Assembly (NCBI GenBank): GCA_045046875.1
Contig: JASFYY010000110.1
Span: 1-27,816, forward strand
Direction of reading: 5' to 3'
From: Verrucomicrobiota bacterium
GTDB taxonomy: Bacteria > Verrucomicrobiota > Verrucomicrobiia > Verrucomicrobiales > DEV007
Length of the DNA: 27,816 nucleotides
This document shows positions 18,193 to 27,081 of the stretch, piece by piece. Each line of letters begins with the position of its first letter. Position 1 is the first letter of the stretch. The notes beneath the pieces were generated by a model that made no database searches, was not told the origin of the DNA, and worked only from the letters and a program-made list of their open reading frames with translations. A program made the position numbers and the translations under genes.

Positions 18193-19674
18193 ATGAGCAC
18201 TCTACGCGTAATCAACATCGATTTCCATGTCGTCCACATGCGGACGCGTTTTCCGTTTCGTTACGGCATCGCATCGATGTCCGATGTGCCTCACATCTTC
18301 CTGCGTGCCGAAGTCGAAATCGATGGTCAGACCTCCATCGGTATCAGCTCCGAAGGCCTGCCTCCCAAGTGGTTCACAAAAATTGCCGATGCCACGGCCG
18401 AAGACGAGCTGCAAGCCATGCTCGAAAGTATCACCCGAGCCGCCGATCTGGCCGAAGCGATGGATCAACAAGTGAACTTGTTCGATTTTTGGAAACAGCT
18501 TTATCACCAACAAAGCGAATGGGCAAAACAACATCAAGTGCCTCCCCTGCTCTCTCAGTTTGGAGTCAGCTTAGTCGAACGTGCTCTGATTGACGCCTTC
18601 TGCCGAGCCAAAGAAGTCCCCTTTGCCCATGCGCTCGCCCAAAATCTGTTTGGCATCCAACTCGACGAGCTACACCCGGAACTCGACAGCCGCAGCCCCG
18701 CTGACTTTTTGCCAGCTCCCGGCATACAGGCGGCCACCCTCATTGCCCGTCACACCATTGGTCTGACCGATGCTCTCACTGAGATCGAAATCAGTGACGA
18801 AGAGCGCGTCAATGACGGGCTGCCCCAGGCTCTCGTGGATTGCATCGAGGCTTACTGGGTGAACTGGTTCAAAATCAAACTGTGCGGAGATCTGCAAACC
18901 GATCTCAATCGCATGGCCGCCCTGGCCGATCTTTTTGCCCGTCATGTGCCCGCTTACCACTTCACCCTCGACGGCAACGAACAATTCACCACGATTGAAT
19001 CCTTCCGCGAGTATTGGCAGCAATGCCTCGCCGATCCACGGCTGAAAGAATTCCTCTCGCCGTCACACCTGCTGTTCATCGAACAGGCCCTGCATCGGGA
19101 CGAAGCCCTTGCCCCGCATGTGGCTGACGGGCTCGCAGCCTGGCCAGATGCGCCACCACTCATCATTGACGAATCCGATGCCAGCCTGCAGTCCTGCGCC
19201 CGTGCGCTGGAACTCGGTTACGCCGGAACCAGTCATAAAAGCTGCAAAGGCGTGTTCAAAAGCATCGCCAACGCCTGTTTGCTAAAACATCGGGCGCAAC
19301 ACGCCCCTGACGACCCACTACCCATTCTCAGCGGTGAAGACCTGGTCAATGTAGGGCCGGTTGCCCTGTTGCAGGATCTCACCGTCATGCACGCACTGGG
19401 AATCAAACACGTGGAACGCAACGGCCACCACTACATGCGCGGACTCAGCGCCTTTCCGCCAGCCGTGCAGGATCAGATCCTGATCGACCACGCCGACCTC
19501 TATCACCCGGGGCCGGAGCAGATCCCCACTCTCGACATCCAGCAAGGCAAAATCAAAGTGCAAAGCCTGCTCGACGCCCCCTTCGGCACCAAGTTCCGCA
19601 TCGACCAAGTCATGCCCGACTGGCAATGGCTGTCCTCGGACGAAATCAAGCTATCCCATTTGATCGCTCCCTAG
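18193..19674 (+). CDS. Enolase-superfamily (mandelate racemase/muconate lactonizing-like) enzyme, substrate unknown
   Basis: N-terminal capping domain (RFPFRYG). Barrel motifs FKIKL (KxK), LDGNEQ, FIEQ and IIDESD, followed by HKSCKG and GEDL. Confidence 0.75.
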   Translation: MSTLRVINIDFHVVHMRTRFPFRYGIASMSDVPHIFLRAEVEIDGQTSIGISSEGLPPKWFTKIADATAEDELQAMLESITRAADLAEAMDQQVNLFDFWKQLYHQQSEWAKQHQVPPLLSQFGVSLVERALIDAFCRAKEVPFAHALAQNLFGIQLDELHPELDSRSPADFLPAPGIQAATLIARHTIGLTDALTEIEISDEERVNDGLPQALVDCIEAYWVNWFKIKLCGDLQTDLNRMAALADLFARHVPAYHFTLDGNEQFTTIESFREYWQQCLADPRLKEFLSPSHLLFIEQALHRDEALAPHVADGLAAWPDAPPLIIDESDASLQSCARALELGYAGTSHKSCKGVFKSIANACLLKHRAQHAPDDPLPILSGEDLVNVGPVALLQDLTVMHALGIKHVERNGHHYMRGLSAFPPAVQDQILIDHADLYHPGPEQIPTLDIQQGKIKVQSLLDAPFGTKFRIDQVMPDWQWLSSDEIKLSHLIAP

Positions 19675-19722
19675 AGCTTCAGCGGGCATCAAAAGATCTT
19701 CTTCCGCTAGCAAAAATTCCGG

Positions 19723-19759
19723 TTTACAAATCCATAAAACCGTTTAAATTCGGCGCTCC
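19723..19759 (+). promoter_or_regulatory. Candidate sigma70 promoter for rpoA-rplQ with GC-rich discriminator
   Basis: TTTACA (19723-19728), a 16-nt spacer, TAAATT (19745-19750), then CGGCGCTCC. This is a motif match only. Confidence 0.5.
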
Positions 19760-19850
19760 AAGAGCACTATCAATCGCCGTAGGTCCCTGGGTTCTGGTCA
19801 AAAACCAGTAACAACTGCTCTCCAGGGGAAACCCGGCAACCAAAAAAAAT

Positions 19851-20930
19851 ATGTCAGACACAGTTAAATTAGCTCGTTTCGAGATCCCAAACCGTCTTGT
19901 TAAAGACGAAGATACCGCCACCGATACCTTCGCCAAGTTCACCGCAGAACCTTTCGAAGCCGGATACGGCCACACCATCGGCAACTCACTTCGCCGGGTT
20001 TTGCTTTCCTCACTTGAGGGAGCCGCCATCACTTCCGTACGCATCACCGGTGCCCAGCACGAATTCACCTCGATTCCCGGCGTGAAAGAAGATGTGACTG
20101 AGATCATTCTCAACTTGAAGCAAATCCGCTTCAAACATTTCGAAAACAAAGAGCCTGCGACTCTTTCCATCAATGTCACCAAAGACGGCAAAGTGACTGC
20201 GGGTGACATTGAAGCGATTTCCCAATACGAAATCGTCAACAAAAAGCAGCTTATCTGCACCCTCGACCGCAAAACCAAATTTCAAATGGAAATGGAAGTT
20301 CGTGTCGGTCGTGGTTTTAACACCGGTGAAGACAACAAACACCCGGAAATGCCAATCGGCGTGATCGCCATTGATTCGATTTTCTCACCCGTTCGCCGGG
20401 TCAAATACGCAGTGGTCAACACTCGTGTCGGTCAGCGCACCGACTACGACAAGGTCATCCTCGAAGTCACTACCGACGGCCGCATGGATCCGCCGGATGC
20501 CCTGCTTCAGGCTTCTGCTATTCTGCGTCGTCACTTGGACGTGTTTGTCGACTACGACGACGATCTGGTGGAATTCGAAGAAGCACCGGAATCACAGAGC
20601 GAAGAAAACGCCGAGTTGAAGAAACTGCTCAATATGAGCGTCAACGAAATCGAGCTTTCGGTTCGTGCCGCTAATTGCCTGAACAACGCCAACATCACAT
20701 CGGTTGGACAACTGGCAATGAAAAGCGAAGCAGAAATGCTCAAATACCGTAACTTCGGTAAAAAATCGCTTAACGAAATCAAAGACAAACTGGCTGAGCT
20801 GGGACTGTCTCTGGGAATGGCTTTCGATCCAGTTCTGCTGGAAACTCCTTTTGGAGCTCCTCTGCTGGCCACCGAAGCGAAACCTGACGAAGGTCCGGGC
20901 CTCGCATCGCTTATCAATCAAAACATTTAA
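19851..20930 (+). CDS. rpoA: DNA-directed RNA polymerase subunit alpha
   Basis: EPFEAGYGHTIGNSLRRVLLSSLEG, GVKEDVTEIILNLK, IDSIFSPV, RVGQRTDYDK, and the alpha-CTD motif ELSVRAANCL..NFGKKSLNEI. Confidence 0.99.
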   Translation: MSDTVKLARFEIPNRLVKDEDTATDTFAKFTAEPFEAGYGHTIGNSLRRVLLSSLEGAAITSVRITGAQHEFTSIPGVKEDVTEIILNLKQIRFKHFENKEPATLSINVTKDGKVTAGDIEAISQYEIVNKKQLICTLDRKTKFQMEMEVRVGRGFNTGEDNKHPEMPIGVIAIDSIFSPVRRVKYAVVNTRVGQRTDYDKVILEVTTDGRMDPPDALLQASAILRRHLDVFVDYDDDLVEFEEAPESQSEENAELKKLLNMSVNEIELSVRAANCLNNANITSVGQLAMKSEAEMLKYRNFGKKSLNEIKDKLAELGLSLGMAFDPVLLETPFGAPLLATEAKPDEGPGLASLINQNI

Positions 20931-20949
20931 TCTTTAGTAAAACAGACTC

Positions 20950-21363
20950 ATGAGACATAGACGCAAAACCGTCAAACTGCAGCGATCTACCGCACACCGG
21001 AAGTCCCTGCTTGCCAACCTGACCTGTAGCCTGATCGAGCACGGACGCATCAAAACGACTTTGGCCAAAGCCAAAGCCCTGCGCCCGGTCGTCGAACGCA
21101 TGGTGACACTGGGTAAAACCAATACCTTGCACACTCGGCGCCGGTCGATCTCCCTGCTTGGCAGCAACCAACTGGCACAGCGCTCCACCAAAACCTTGTT
21201 CGAAAAAATCGCCCCGGCATCAGCAGATCGCCAGGGAGGTTACACCCGAATCACCAAACTCGGTCAACGCCAGAGCGACTCCGCTCCGATGGCTTTCATC
21301 GAGTGGGTCGACGTGCCACACGCAGGCGCCGAAGACGAAAATGATCTCAGCGAAGACAGCTAA
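20950..21363 (+). CDS. rplQ: 50S ribosomal protein L17
   Basis: MRHR..KLQRSTAHRKSLLANL, IKTTLAKAK and RQGGYTRI..R..D.APMA.IE; lies directly after rpoA. Confidence 0.99.
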   Translation: MRHRRKTVKLQRSTAHRKSLLANLTCSLIEHGRIKTTLAKAKALRPVVERMVTLGKTNTLHTRRRSISLLGSNQLAQRSTKTLFEKIAPASADRQGGYTRITKLGQRQSDSAPMAFIEWVDVPHAGAEDENDLSEDS

Positions 21364-21385
21364 AACTACTTCGTTTCAACGATCA

Positions 21386-21423
21386 AACAAAAACGCTCTC
21401 TGGAAACAGAGAGCGTTTTTGTT
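21386..21423. terminator. Bidirectional intrinsic terminator after rplQ
   Basis: Perfect 17-bp inverted repeat AACAAAAACGCTCTCTG-gaaa-CAGAGAGCGTTTTTGTT with A/T tracts on both sides, between convergent genes. Confidence 0.93.
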
Positions 21424-21516
21424 GGGCTAGCCCCTTTCCAATTACTCAAAAAGTTGACCCCGTCCGACCACTCAGGCGGAATGTAAAACAATTGCACTCG
21501 CGATCTCTACTCCCTA

Positions 21517-21990
21517 TCAATCATCATACAACCCAGGCAGAATTCTACTCAGCCCAACACTTGCCACCAAAAACTTTTCAGAGGCCTGCTTAATTTCCCC
21601 CAAATTGTAAGTCTGGGTTTTCTTATCAAACGAGCCCACCACTTCTTGATCGGTGACATTAATAATGTCAAAATTTCCGCGCAAATTTTTCATAAACAAA
21701 TGACAATCAGGCCCATAATCCGGTTTTAAAATACTCGTAAACTCGGACACGCCTTTCCCAGCAGTTGGATCAATCAACAAGTGTTTCGACCTACCCCCGT
21801 CATAATAGGCAACCGCATAGGTCTCACGTTTTGTTCTCAGTAGTTTCAAACTGACGTCAAAACGCATCTCCTCACTGGGATCCAAATAGGAATTGAATTT
21901 AACTTCATTGATAACCCAACTGGCCCGAATGCTCCACGCATTTTCCCCGTCAATTTTCAAGCTATGCCCACCAAGCACCTTCAGCTTCAT
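21517..21990 (-). CDS. Hypothetical protein (157 aa)
   Basis: Intact ORF that fills the gap, with an SD-like GAGGGA about 9 nt before the ATG. It looks more AT-rich than its neighbours and has no motif I recognise. Confidence 0.7.
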   Translation of the reverse strand: MKLKVLGGHSLKIDGENAWSIRASWVINEVKFNSYLDPSEEMRFDVSLKLLRTKRETYAVAYYDGGRSKHLLIDPTAGKGVSEFTSILKPDYGPDCHLFMKNLRGNFDIINVTDQEVVGSFDKKTQTYNLGEIKQASEKFLVASVGLSRILPGLYDD

Positions 21991-22016
21991 ATCATTTCTT
22001 CCCTCATTCCACCTCT

Positions 22017-22071
22017 TATTCGCGTCTATTAGCGTGCAATCCTGACCGCCGAAGCCTCAGCGAAGGAGGTT
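22017..22071. repeat. 55-bp dispersed intergenic repeat, copy 2
   Basis: TATTCGCGTCTATTAGCGTGCAATCCTGACCGCCGAAGCCTCAGCGAAGGAGGTT, 53/55 identical to 12958-13012 and in the same orientation. Confidence 0.93.
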
Positions 22072-22087
22072 AGTGGTTCCATCTCAT

Positions 22088-24589
22088 TCACTTAAACATC
22101 GGGTCATCCGGGTTCCCCTGTGACAACAAATACGCCAACAAATCCAACACATCATCCTTGCTCAAGCTATAAGTCAAACCCGGCGGCATCATCGACACTT
22201 CCGATTCCTTCTGCCCCTTTAAATCCTTGCGATCGATACTCACCGTATCACTAGGGTCAATCATATTCACATTCACCTGGATTTTATCCCCATTCAGATT
22301 CATGATCCGCCCGACAATCGAAGATCCATCCTTTTTAGTAAAAACCGTCGCCCCGTATTGGTCACTGATGACCTTACTCGGCTCAATAATCGACTCCAAT
22401 AAATCGCGCGGGCTGAACTTGCCTCCCGCACTGGTCAAATCCGGTCCGATCGCCCCGCCCTCCTGTTTGAATCGATGACAAGCAAAACAAGTGCCCGCGC
22501 CGAACATCTGACGGCCGTTATTGAAACTGCGCCCACTCTCCAAACCCACATTGATCACATCATCAAAATCGGACACCTTCCACGCTTTGACAAAACTGCG
22601 TGCTTTAAAGGTGAATTGTGGTGTTTTGCTGTCTGGTTTTGCCTCGATCAGTGCCTTCAAGGCCACCTTCTCTTCTTCCGACAAATTAGCCAGGGCGTCT
22701 TTCTTCATATTCGCCACAAACAGACCAAAACTCGCCCCGCCTTTATAACCTGCCGCCAAGGTGAACCATTTGAAAAAATCCTCCCGCAGCGGCCTTACCC
22801 AACCTGTTTTCAAATGACGCAGAGACTTGGCATAAGCCATTTGCTCTTCCTGCGAAGGAGCAGATTTTAACAGTGCAATGCCTTTCGCAGCCGCATTCGG
22901 AGCTTGCAAATAAACCAGCAATTGCAACAACTCGGAATTCAGTTCCGGTGAGTTCGCTGGCAAAAAAGCATCCAGGCGGGCAGTGGTTTCCTGCCGGGTT
23001 TTATCATCCGGCGCGCCCATCCGGATAAAAACCAAACTGTAAGCCCTGACCAAATCCACCCGTCGTTTTTCGCTCAAAGCTTTCCAATCGATCTGGTGCA
23101 ATCGCGCCAACAACTTAACTTGCAGGGACGGATCCCCGTGCCGTGCCAATGCGATCGCTCCGTTGATCGCCGCCGCTGGATCTTTCTCCGTCAATACCCG
23201 CTCCTGCCATGTCATCACCGGCTGACTCTCCACTGCAATTCGCGCAGCAAACCGCAGAAAACGATCAGGATCCCCCAAAAACGGCCAGGCTCTTGCCAGA
23301 GCCTGGGGATCTTTTTTGCCATGAAAAGCTTCCAGGCTTTTTCTCACATCAGCAAGTTTGCTCGCAGGCACTCCAAGATTCTCTCCCTGCTTTTCATCGC
23401 CCACATAAGTCACTCGATACAAACCCGATTGCACTCGACGCCCTCCCACAGTGAAATACATCGCCCCATCGTTCGGGTGAATCAAAATATCGGTCAAAGG
23501 CAGTGGTCGGCCAGTGATGAACTCTTCAAACTCCGCCGTATAACTTGCCCCCCTGGGTTCCAAATGCACCGCATACAGCTTGCCGTAACTCCAGTCACAG
23601 GCGTAAAAAGCATCTTGATATTTCTTTGGAAATTTAGCCCCAAAACCAAAACCCACTCCAGTCGGAGATCCCGGGCCAATATCCAACACTGCCGGCAAAC
23701 TGTCAGGATAATATGCAGGCCATTTGCCACCACCATTGCGCCAGCCAAACTCTGCTCCACTGGTCACATGATTGATCCTCGTCGGTCGGTACCAAGGGGT
23801 GTTCATGTCCCACTCCATGTCAGCATCATAAGTGAACAGTTCCCCATTACGGTCAAAAGCCGCGTCATATTGATTGCGAAAACCCGTGGCGATCAATTCC
23901 CAATTTTTACCATCGGGGTCGGTCTTGGCGATCCAGCCACCTGGAGCCTTGGTGTTTTTCATGAATCCCTTACCATAAGGACGCGGCAACAACTGGTCTT
24001 CGTCCCACACCTGCGGCACCCGCGAGGCATTGAGATCGGTCACCGGCGTCTGGTCACCAATCACCACGTAGAGCGATGCGCCATCCGGTCCGAGCAAAAC
24101 CGCATGCGGCCCATGCTCCCCTCCCGCATCGGCAAATTTGCGTAGCAACTTCACTTGGTCGAATTGATCATCGCCATTGGTATCTTTTAGCCGATACAAA
24201 CCACGTCCCTGGTTGACCTTGCCATTCACCACCACATAAAGGCTATCAAAAGCAAACAGCAGCCCCTGCGCTTCGCCAATATCGAGATCAATTTTTTCGA
24301 TATCCCCCTGAGACAAAGTCTCGCCCGGCTTAGGCGGATTCATTCGATAGAGAGTGCCATACTGGTCAGAAACAATCAACCTGCCGCGGTTGTCATAACA
24401 CATGCTCACCCACGATCCCTGCTCCTCCTTCGGCACCGAATACAACAGCTCCACCTTGAAGCCTTCTTTCACCTTCAACTCCGCCACCGGCGTCGCATGT
24501 GATGCCGAGTTTTGCTGAGCTCGCCCAAAGCCGATCAAAGCGATGAACAAAAACTGATAGAAGAAAAATTTAAGGAACTGTGTGAACAT
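22088..24589 (-). CDS. PVC-type heme-binding protein (sorbosone-dehydrogenase-like propeller, HEAT-like helices, C-terminal c-type cytochrome)
   Basis: Signal peptide, GFKVELLY, DTNGDDQFD, GEHGPH, GFRNQYD and DADMEWD, then CFACH (CxxCH), GPDLT, SII.PS and S.MPPGL. Confidence 0.92.
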   Translation of the reverse strand: MFTQFLKFFFYQFLFIALIGFGRAQQNSASHATPVAELKVKEGFKVELLYSVPKEEQGSWVSMCYDNRGRLIVSDQYGTLYRMNPPKPGETLSQGDIEKIDLDIGEAQGLLFAFDSLYVVVNGKVNQGRGLYRLKDTNGDDQFDQVKLLRKFADAGGEHGPHAVLLGPDGASLYVVIGDQTPVTDLNASRVPQVWDEDQLLPRPYGKGFMKNTKAPGGWIAKTDPDGKNWELIATGFRNQYDAAFDRNGELFTYDADMEWDMNTPWYRPTRINHVTSGAEFGWRNGGGKWPAYYPDSLPAVLDIGPGSPTGVGFGFGAKFPKKYQDAFYACDWSYGKLYAVHLEPRGASYTAEFEEFITGRPLPLTDILIHPNDGAMYFTVGGRRVQSGLYRVTYVGDEKQGENLGVPASKLADVRKSLEAFHGKKDPQALARAWPFLGDPDRFLRFAARIAVESQPVMTWQERVLTEKDPAAAINGAIALARHGDPSLQVKLLARLHQIDWKALSEKRRVDLVRAYSLVFIRMGAPDDKTRQETTARLDAFLPANSPELNSELLQLLVYLQAPNAAAKGIALLKSAPSQEEQMAYAKSLRHLKTGWVRPLREDFFKWFTLAAGYKGGASFGLFVANMKKDALANLSEEEKVALKALIEAKPDSKTPQFTFKARSFVKAWKVSDFDDVINVGLESGRSFNNGRQMFGAGTCFACHRFKQEGGAIGPDLTSAGGKFSPRDLLESIIEPSKVISDQYGATVFTKKDGSSIVGRIMNLNGDKIQVNVNMIDPSDTVSIDRKDLKGQKESEVSMMPPGLTYSLSKDDVLDLLAYLLSQGNPDDPMFK

Positions 24590-24680
24590 GAAAATATAGG
24601 GATAAATGCTTTCCGTCTAATTGAGGAAAGCATTGAAAATACGTTTCTACAAGAAACGTATTCACATAATCAGCGATTCA

Positions 24681-24724
24681 TTCTGAATACTTACTCCTGA
24701 ATTCTACCTCCTGAATTCTGAATT
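24681..24724. repeat. Degenerate heptamer tandem repeat (TYCTGAA), 6 units
   Basis: TTCTGAA TACTTAC TCCTGAA TTCTACC TCCTGAA TTCTGAA TT. Confidence 0.7.
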
Positions 24725-24731
24725 ATTCCCC

Positions 24732-26096
24732 CTATCCCAATACCCATCCCTTACGATACTCCCTACCCAGATACTTCTCCGCATCCGGTGCATTCGGGAA
24801 CTTCATATTCTTCGCATCCCATTCGAGTTTTTTACCCGCCCGGAATGCCACATTGCCAAGATGGTTAGCCTCGGTCAAAGGGCCGGCATAAGAAAAAGGT
24901 GAGCCCGTTGGTGAGCCGGTCTTACAAGCCAGTATCCACTCTTCATGATGACCCGGCGATTTGGCAATCGTTTGCGGAGGATACTGGAAATCTTTAAAGT
25001 CCGCCTCCGGCAATAAAAGGTGTTTGCTATAATCAGCCAGAAGCATTCCTTTATCGCCAATAAACAGAGTTCCGTTGGCCCATTGGGGAATTCCCTTTTC
25101 ATGCCAGATTTTAGGTTTCTCAGAACCCTGATGCCAAGTCAATGAAACCGGCGACATGTTGCCCCGGGCTCCATATTCATATTTGGCCCACATCGATGCT
25201 GGCGCGATTTCCGCATGCGCGGGTGGCCCTCCTGCCTCGATCGAGAGTGGCGCGTCCAGGTTCAAAGCCCAGAATGGCAGGTCGTTACGGTGACTGCCCA
25301 AATCCGACATCGTGCCGTTGCCAAAATCCCACCACCGATACCACTTGGGTCCAGGGAAATACACATCGTTATAAGGGCGGAACGGAGCTGGCCCCACCCA
25401 CAGATCCCAATCCAAAGTATCCGGCGGAGTCATCGCCTCCTTAGGTCGTTCCTGGGTCGAAACGATGTCCTTGTTTTTCTTCGCATCCTCCGGCGATTGC
25501 CAGCCCCAGGCCCGTGACACCCAAACGTGCGCCTCCGTCACCTTGCCAATCGCTCCCGACTGAACCAGCTCGACCACTCGGCGGTAGTTTTCGCCCGCAT
25601 GAATCTGGGTTCCCATTTGAGTGGCCACACCGGCATCAGCGGCGGCTTTAGTGATGATCCGCGCTTCGTGCACATCACGGGTGATCGGTTTTTCACAATA
25701 AACATGTTTTTTCTGCTGCAAGGCAGGCAGCGTGGCAAAAGCATGGGTGTGCTCGGTGGTACTCACCACCACCGCATCAAATTCACCCTCCTTGAGCTTG
25801 TCGTAAAGAGATCGAAAATCCTTGAAGGTTTTGGCTTTGGAATGTTGCTGTTTGGCTTTAGCAAGATTCACCGCATTCACATCACAAAGAGCGACAATAT
25901 TTTCCTCGCTGACTTTTTTGAGGTTGCTGCCACCCCGGCCTCCGACCCCAATAACCGCTACATTCATTTTGGAGGCTGGCGACTGGCAGGAAACAATGGC
26001 CGGAAAACCCAATGACGCCGCTCCGACGGAAACACCTGCTTGAAGAAACCGCCTGCGTGAGGCGCCTGATAGAGAGGGGGATTTTTCTGATATCAT
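24732..26096 (-). CDS. Tat-exported Gfo/Idh/MocA family oxidoreductase
   Basis: Twin-arginine signal SRRRFLQ, Rossmann motif [25 protein letters not shown] and [11 protein letters not shown]. Confidence 0.94.
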   Translation of the reverse strand: MISEKSPSLSGASRRRFLQAGVSVGAASLGFPAIVSCQSPASKMNVAVIGVGGRGGSNLKKVSEENIVALCDVNAVNLAKAKQQHSKAKTFKDFRSLYDKLKEGEFDAVVVSTTEHTHAFATLPALQQKKHVYCEKPITRDVHEARIITKAAADAGVATQMGTQIHAGENYRRVVELVQSGAIGKVTEAHVWVSRAWGWQSPEDAKKNKDIVSTQERPKEAMTPPDTLDWDLWVGPAPFRPYNDVYFPGPKWYRWWDFGNGTMSDLGSHRNDLPFWALNLDAPLSIEAGGPPAHAEIAPASMWAKYEYGARGNMSPVSLTWHQGSEKPKIWHEKGIPQWANGTLFIGDKGMLLADYSKHLLLPEADFKDFQYPPQTIAKSPGHHEEWILACKTGSPTGSPFSYAGPLTEANHLGNVAFRAGKKLEWDAKNMKFPNAPDAEKYLGREYRKGWVLG

Positions 26097-26282
26097 AAGG
26101 TGGACAATCTAAAGACCATTGCCCCTTCAGGTCAAGCCTTCCCTTGATTTTCAGGAGAAAAGCAACAGAAAACAAAGTAATTGCTCTGGTTCCGTAAAGA
26201 TACCAGCAAGCAAAACTTGCTTGCTGGCTCTCGAAGAATCAATTTACCCCTCGAACACCAAACCCATCTTCCCCATCCCCTT

Positions 26283-27080
26283 ATGAAAGCTGCCCGTATC
26301 CTACGCGAAAAAATCGCCAATCAAGACCATATCACCACCGGCGCGCTGTGCACCTTTCACTTTTGGCCCGGCCTGGTGGAAATAGCGATGAAAGCCGGAC
26401 TCGACTACCTGATCATCGACCTCGAGCATCTCACCTTTGACGCCACCATGGTCGCCGAAGCCTGCGCCATCGGTCGGCGACAGGACTTTCCCATCCTCAT
26501 CCGGCCTCCTGCTGCAGAATTCACCCCCGTCCGGTTGGCCTTGGATCTCGGCCCTTGCGGTTTACTGATCCCCTACGTCGAATCCCTCGATACCATGGCA
26601 ACCGTGCAAGACGCGGTATACATGCCCCCCCGTGGGCGCCGTCGCCCGGGCGGGCAAGGCAACCTCTGGGTTTCGGATGTGAACTACGAATCTTGGAAAA
26701 ACGAAGTTGAGGATCAACTCATCATCCTGCCACAAATCGAAAGCCGCAGTGGTCTCGAAAATGTCACCGCTATTGCTGCGCACCCACTGACAACCTCCAT
26801 CGCTGTCGGCCCCTACGATCTGTCCGCCAATCTAGGGGTATGCTGGAAACCAGAGTCCGACGAATTGCAAAACGCCTTGAAAAAAATCCGTGATGCCGGA
26901 CAAGCTGCAGGAAAAAACATGTGGATGATCGGCGACGGCCCCGAACTCGTCGCCCAAGGTTACAACTTTCTCTGCATCGGCGAGCCCACCATGTTTCTGC
27001 AAAGCAAACTGGGTGAACTGAATAACTCCTGCAAAGTTTATAACGCTGGAGCAAACCCTGAAGACCTTCCCCTACCGTGA
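26283..27080 (+). CDS. HpcH/HpaI aldolase family protein
   Basis: GLDYLIIDLEH, ALDLG, YMPPRGRR, QIES and VGPYDLS. The ATG at 26283 gives the usual length of about 265 aa. Confidence 0.9.
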   Translation: MKAARILREKIANQDHITTGALCTFHFWPGLVEIAMKAGLDYLIIDLEHLTFDATMVAEACAIGRRQDFPILIRPPAAEFTPVRLALDLGPCGLLIPYVESLDTMATVQDAVYMPPRGRRRPGGQGNLWVSDVNYESWKNEVEDQLIILPQIESRSGLENVTAIAAHPLTTSIAVGPYDLSANLGVCWKPESDELQNALKKIRDAGQAAGKNMWMIGDGPELVAQGYNFLCIGEPTMFLQSKLGELNNSCKVYNAGANPEDLPLP

Positions 27081-27081
27081 T

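Noticed and set aside
12958..22071. The two 55-bp direct repeats as att sites or ends of a 9-kb mobile element
   Set aside because: The enclosed DNA includes rpoA, rplQ and lipA and no integrase or transposase. Dispersed repeats explain it better.
23096..24145. 349-aa plus-strand ORF
   Set aside because: Antisense shadow of the heme-binding protein gene, Arg/His-rich and without motifs.
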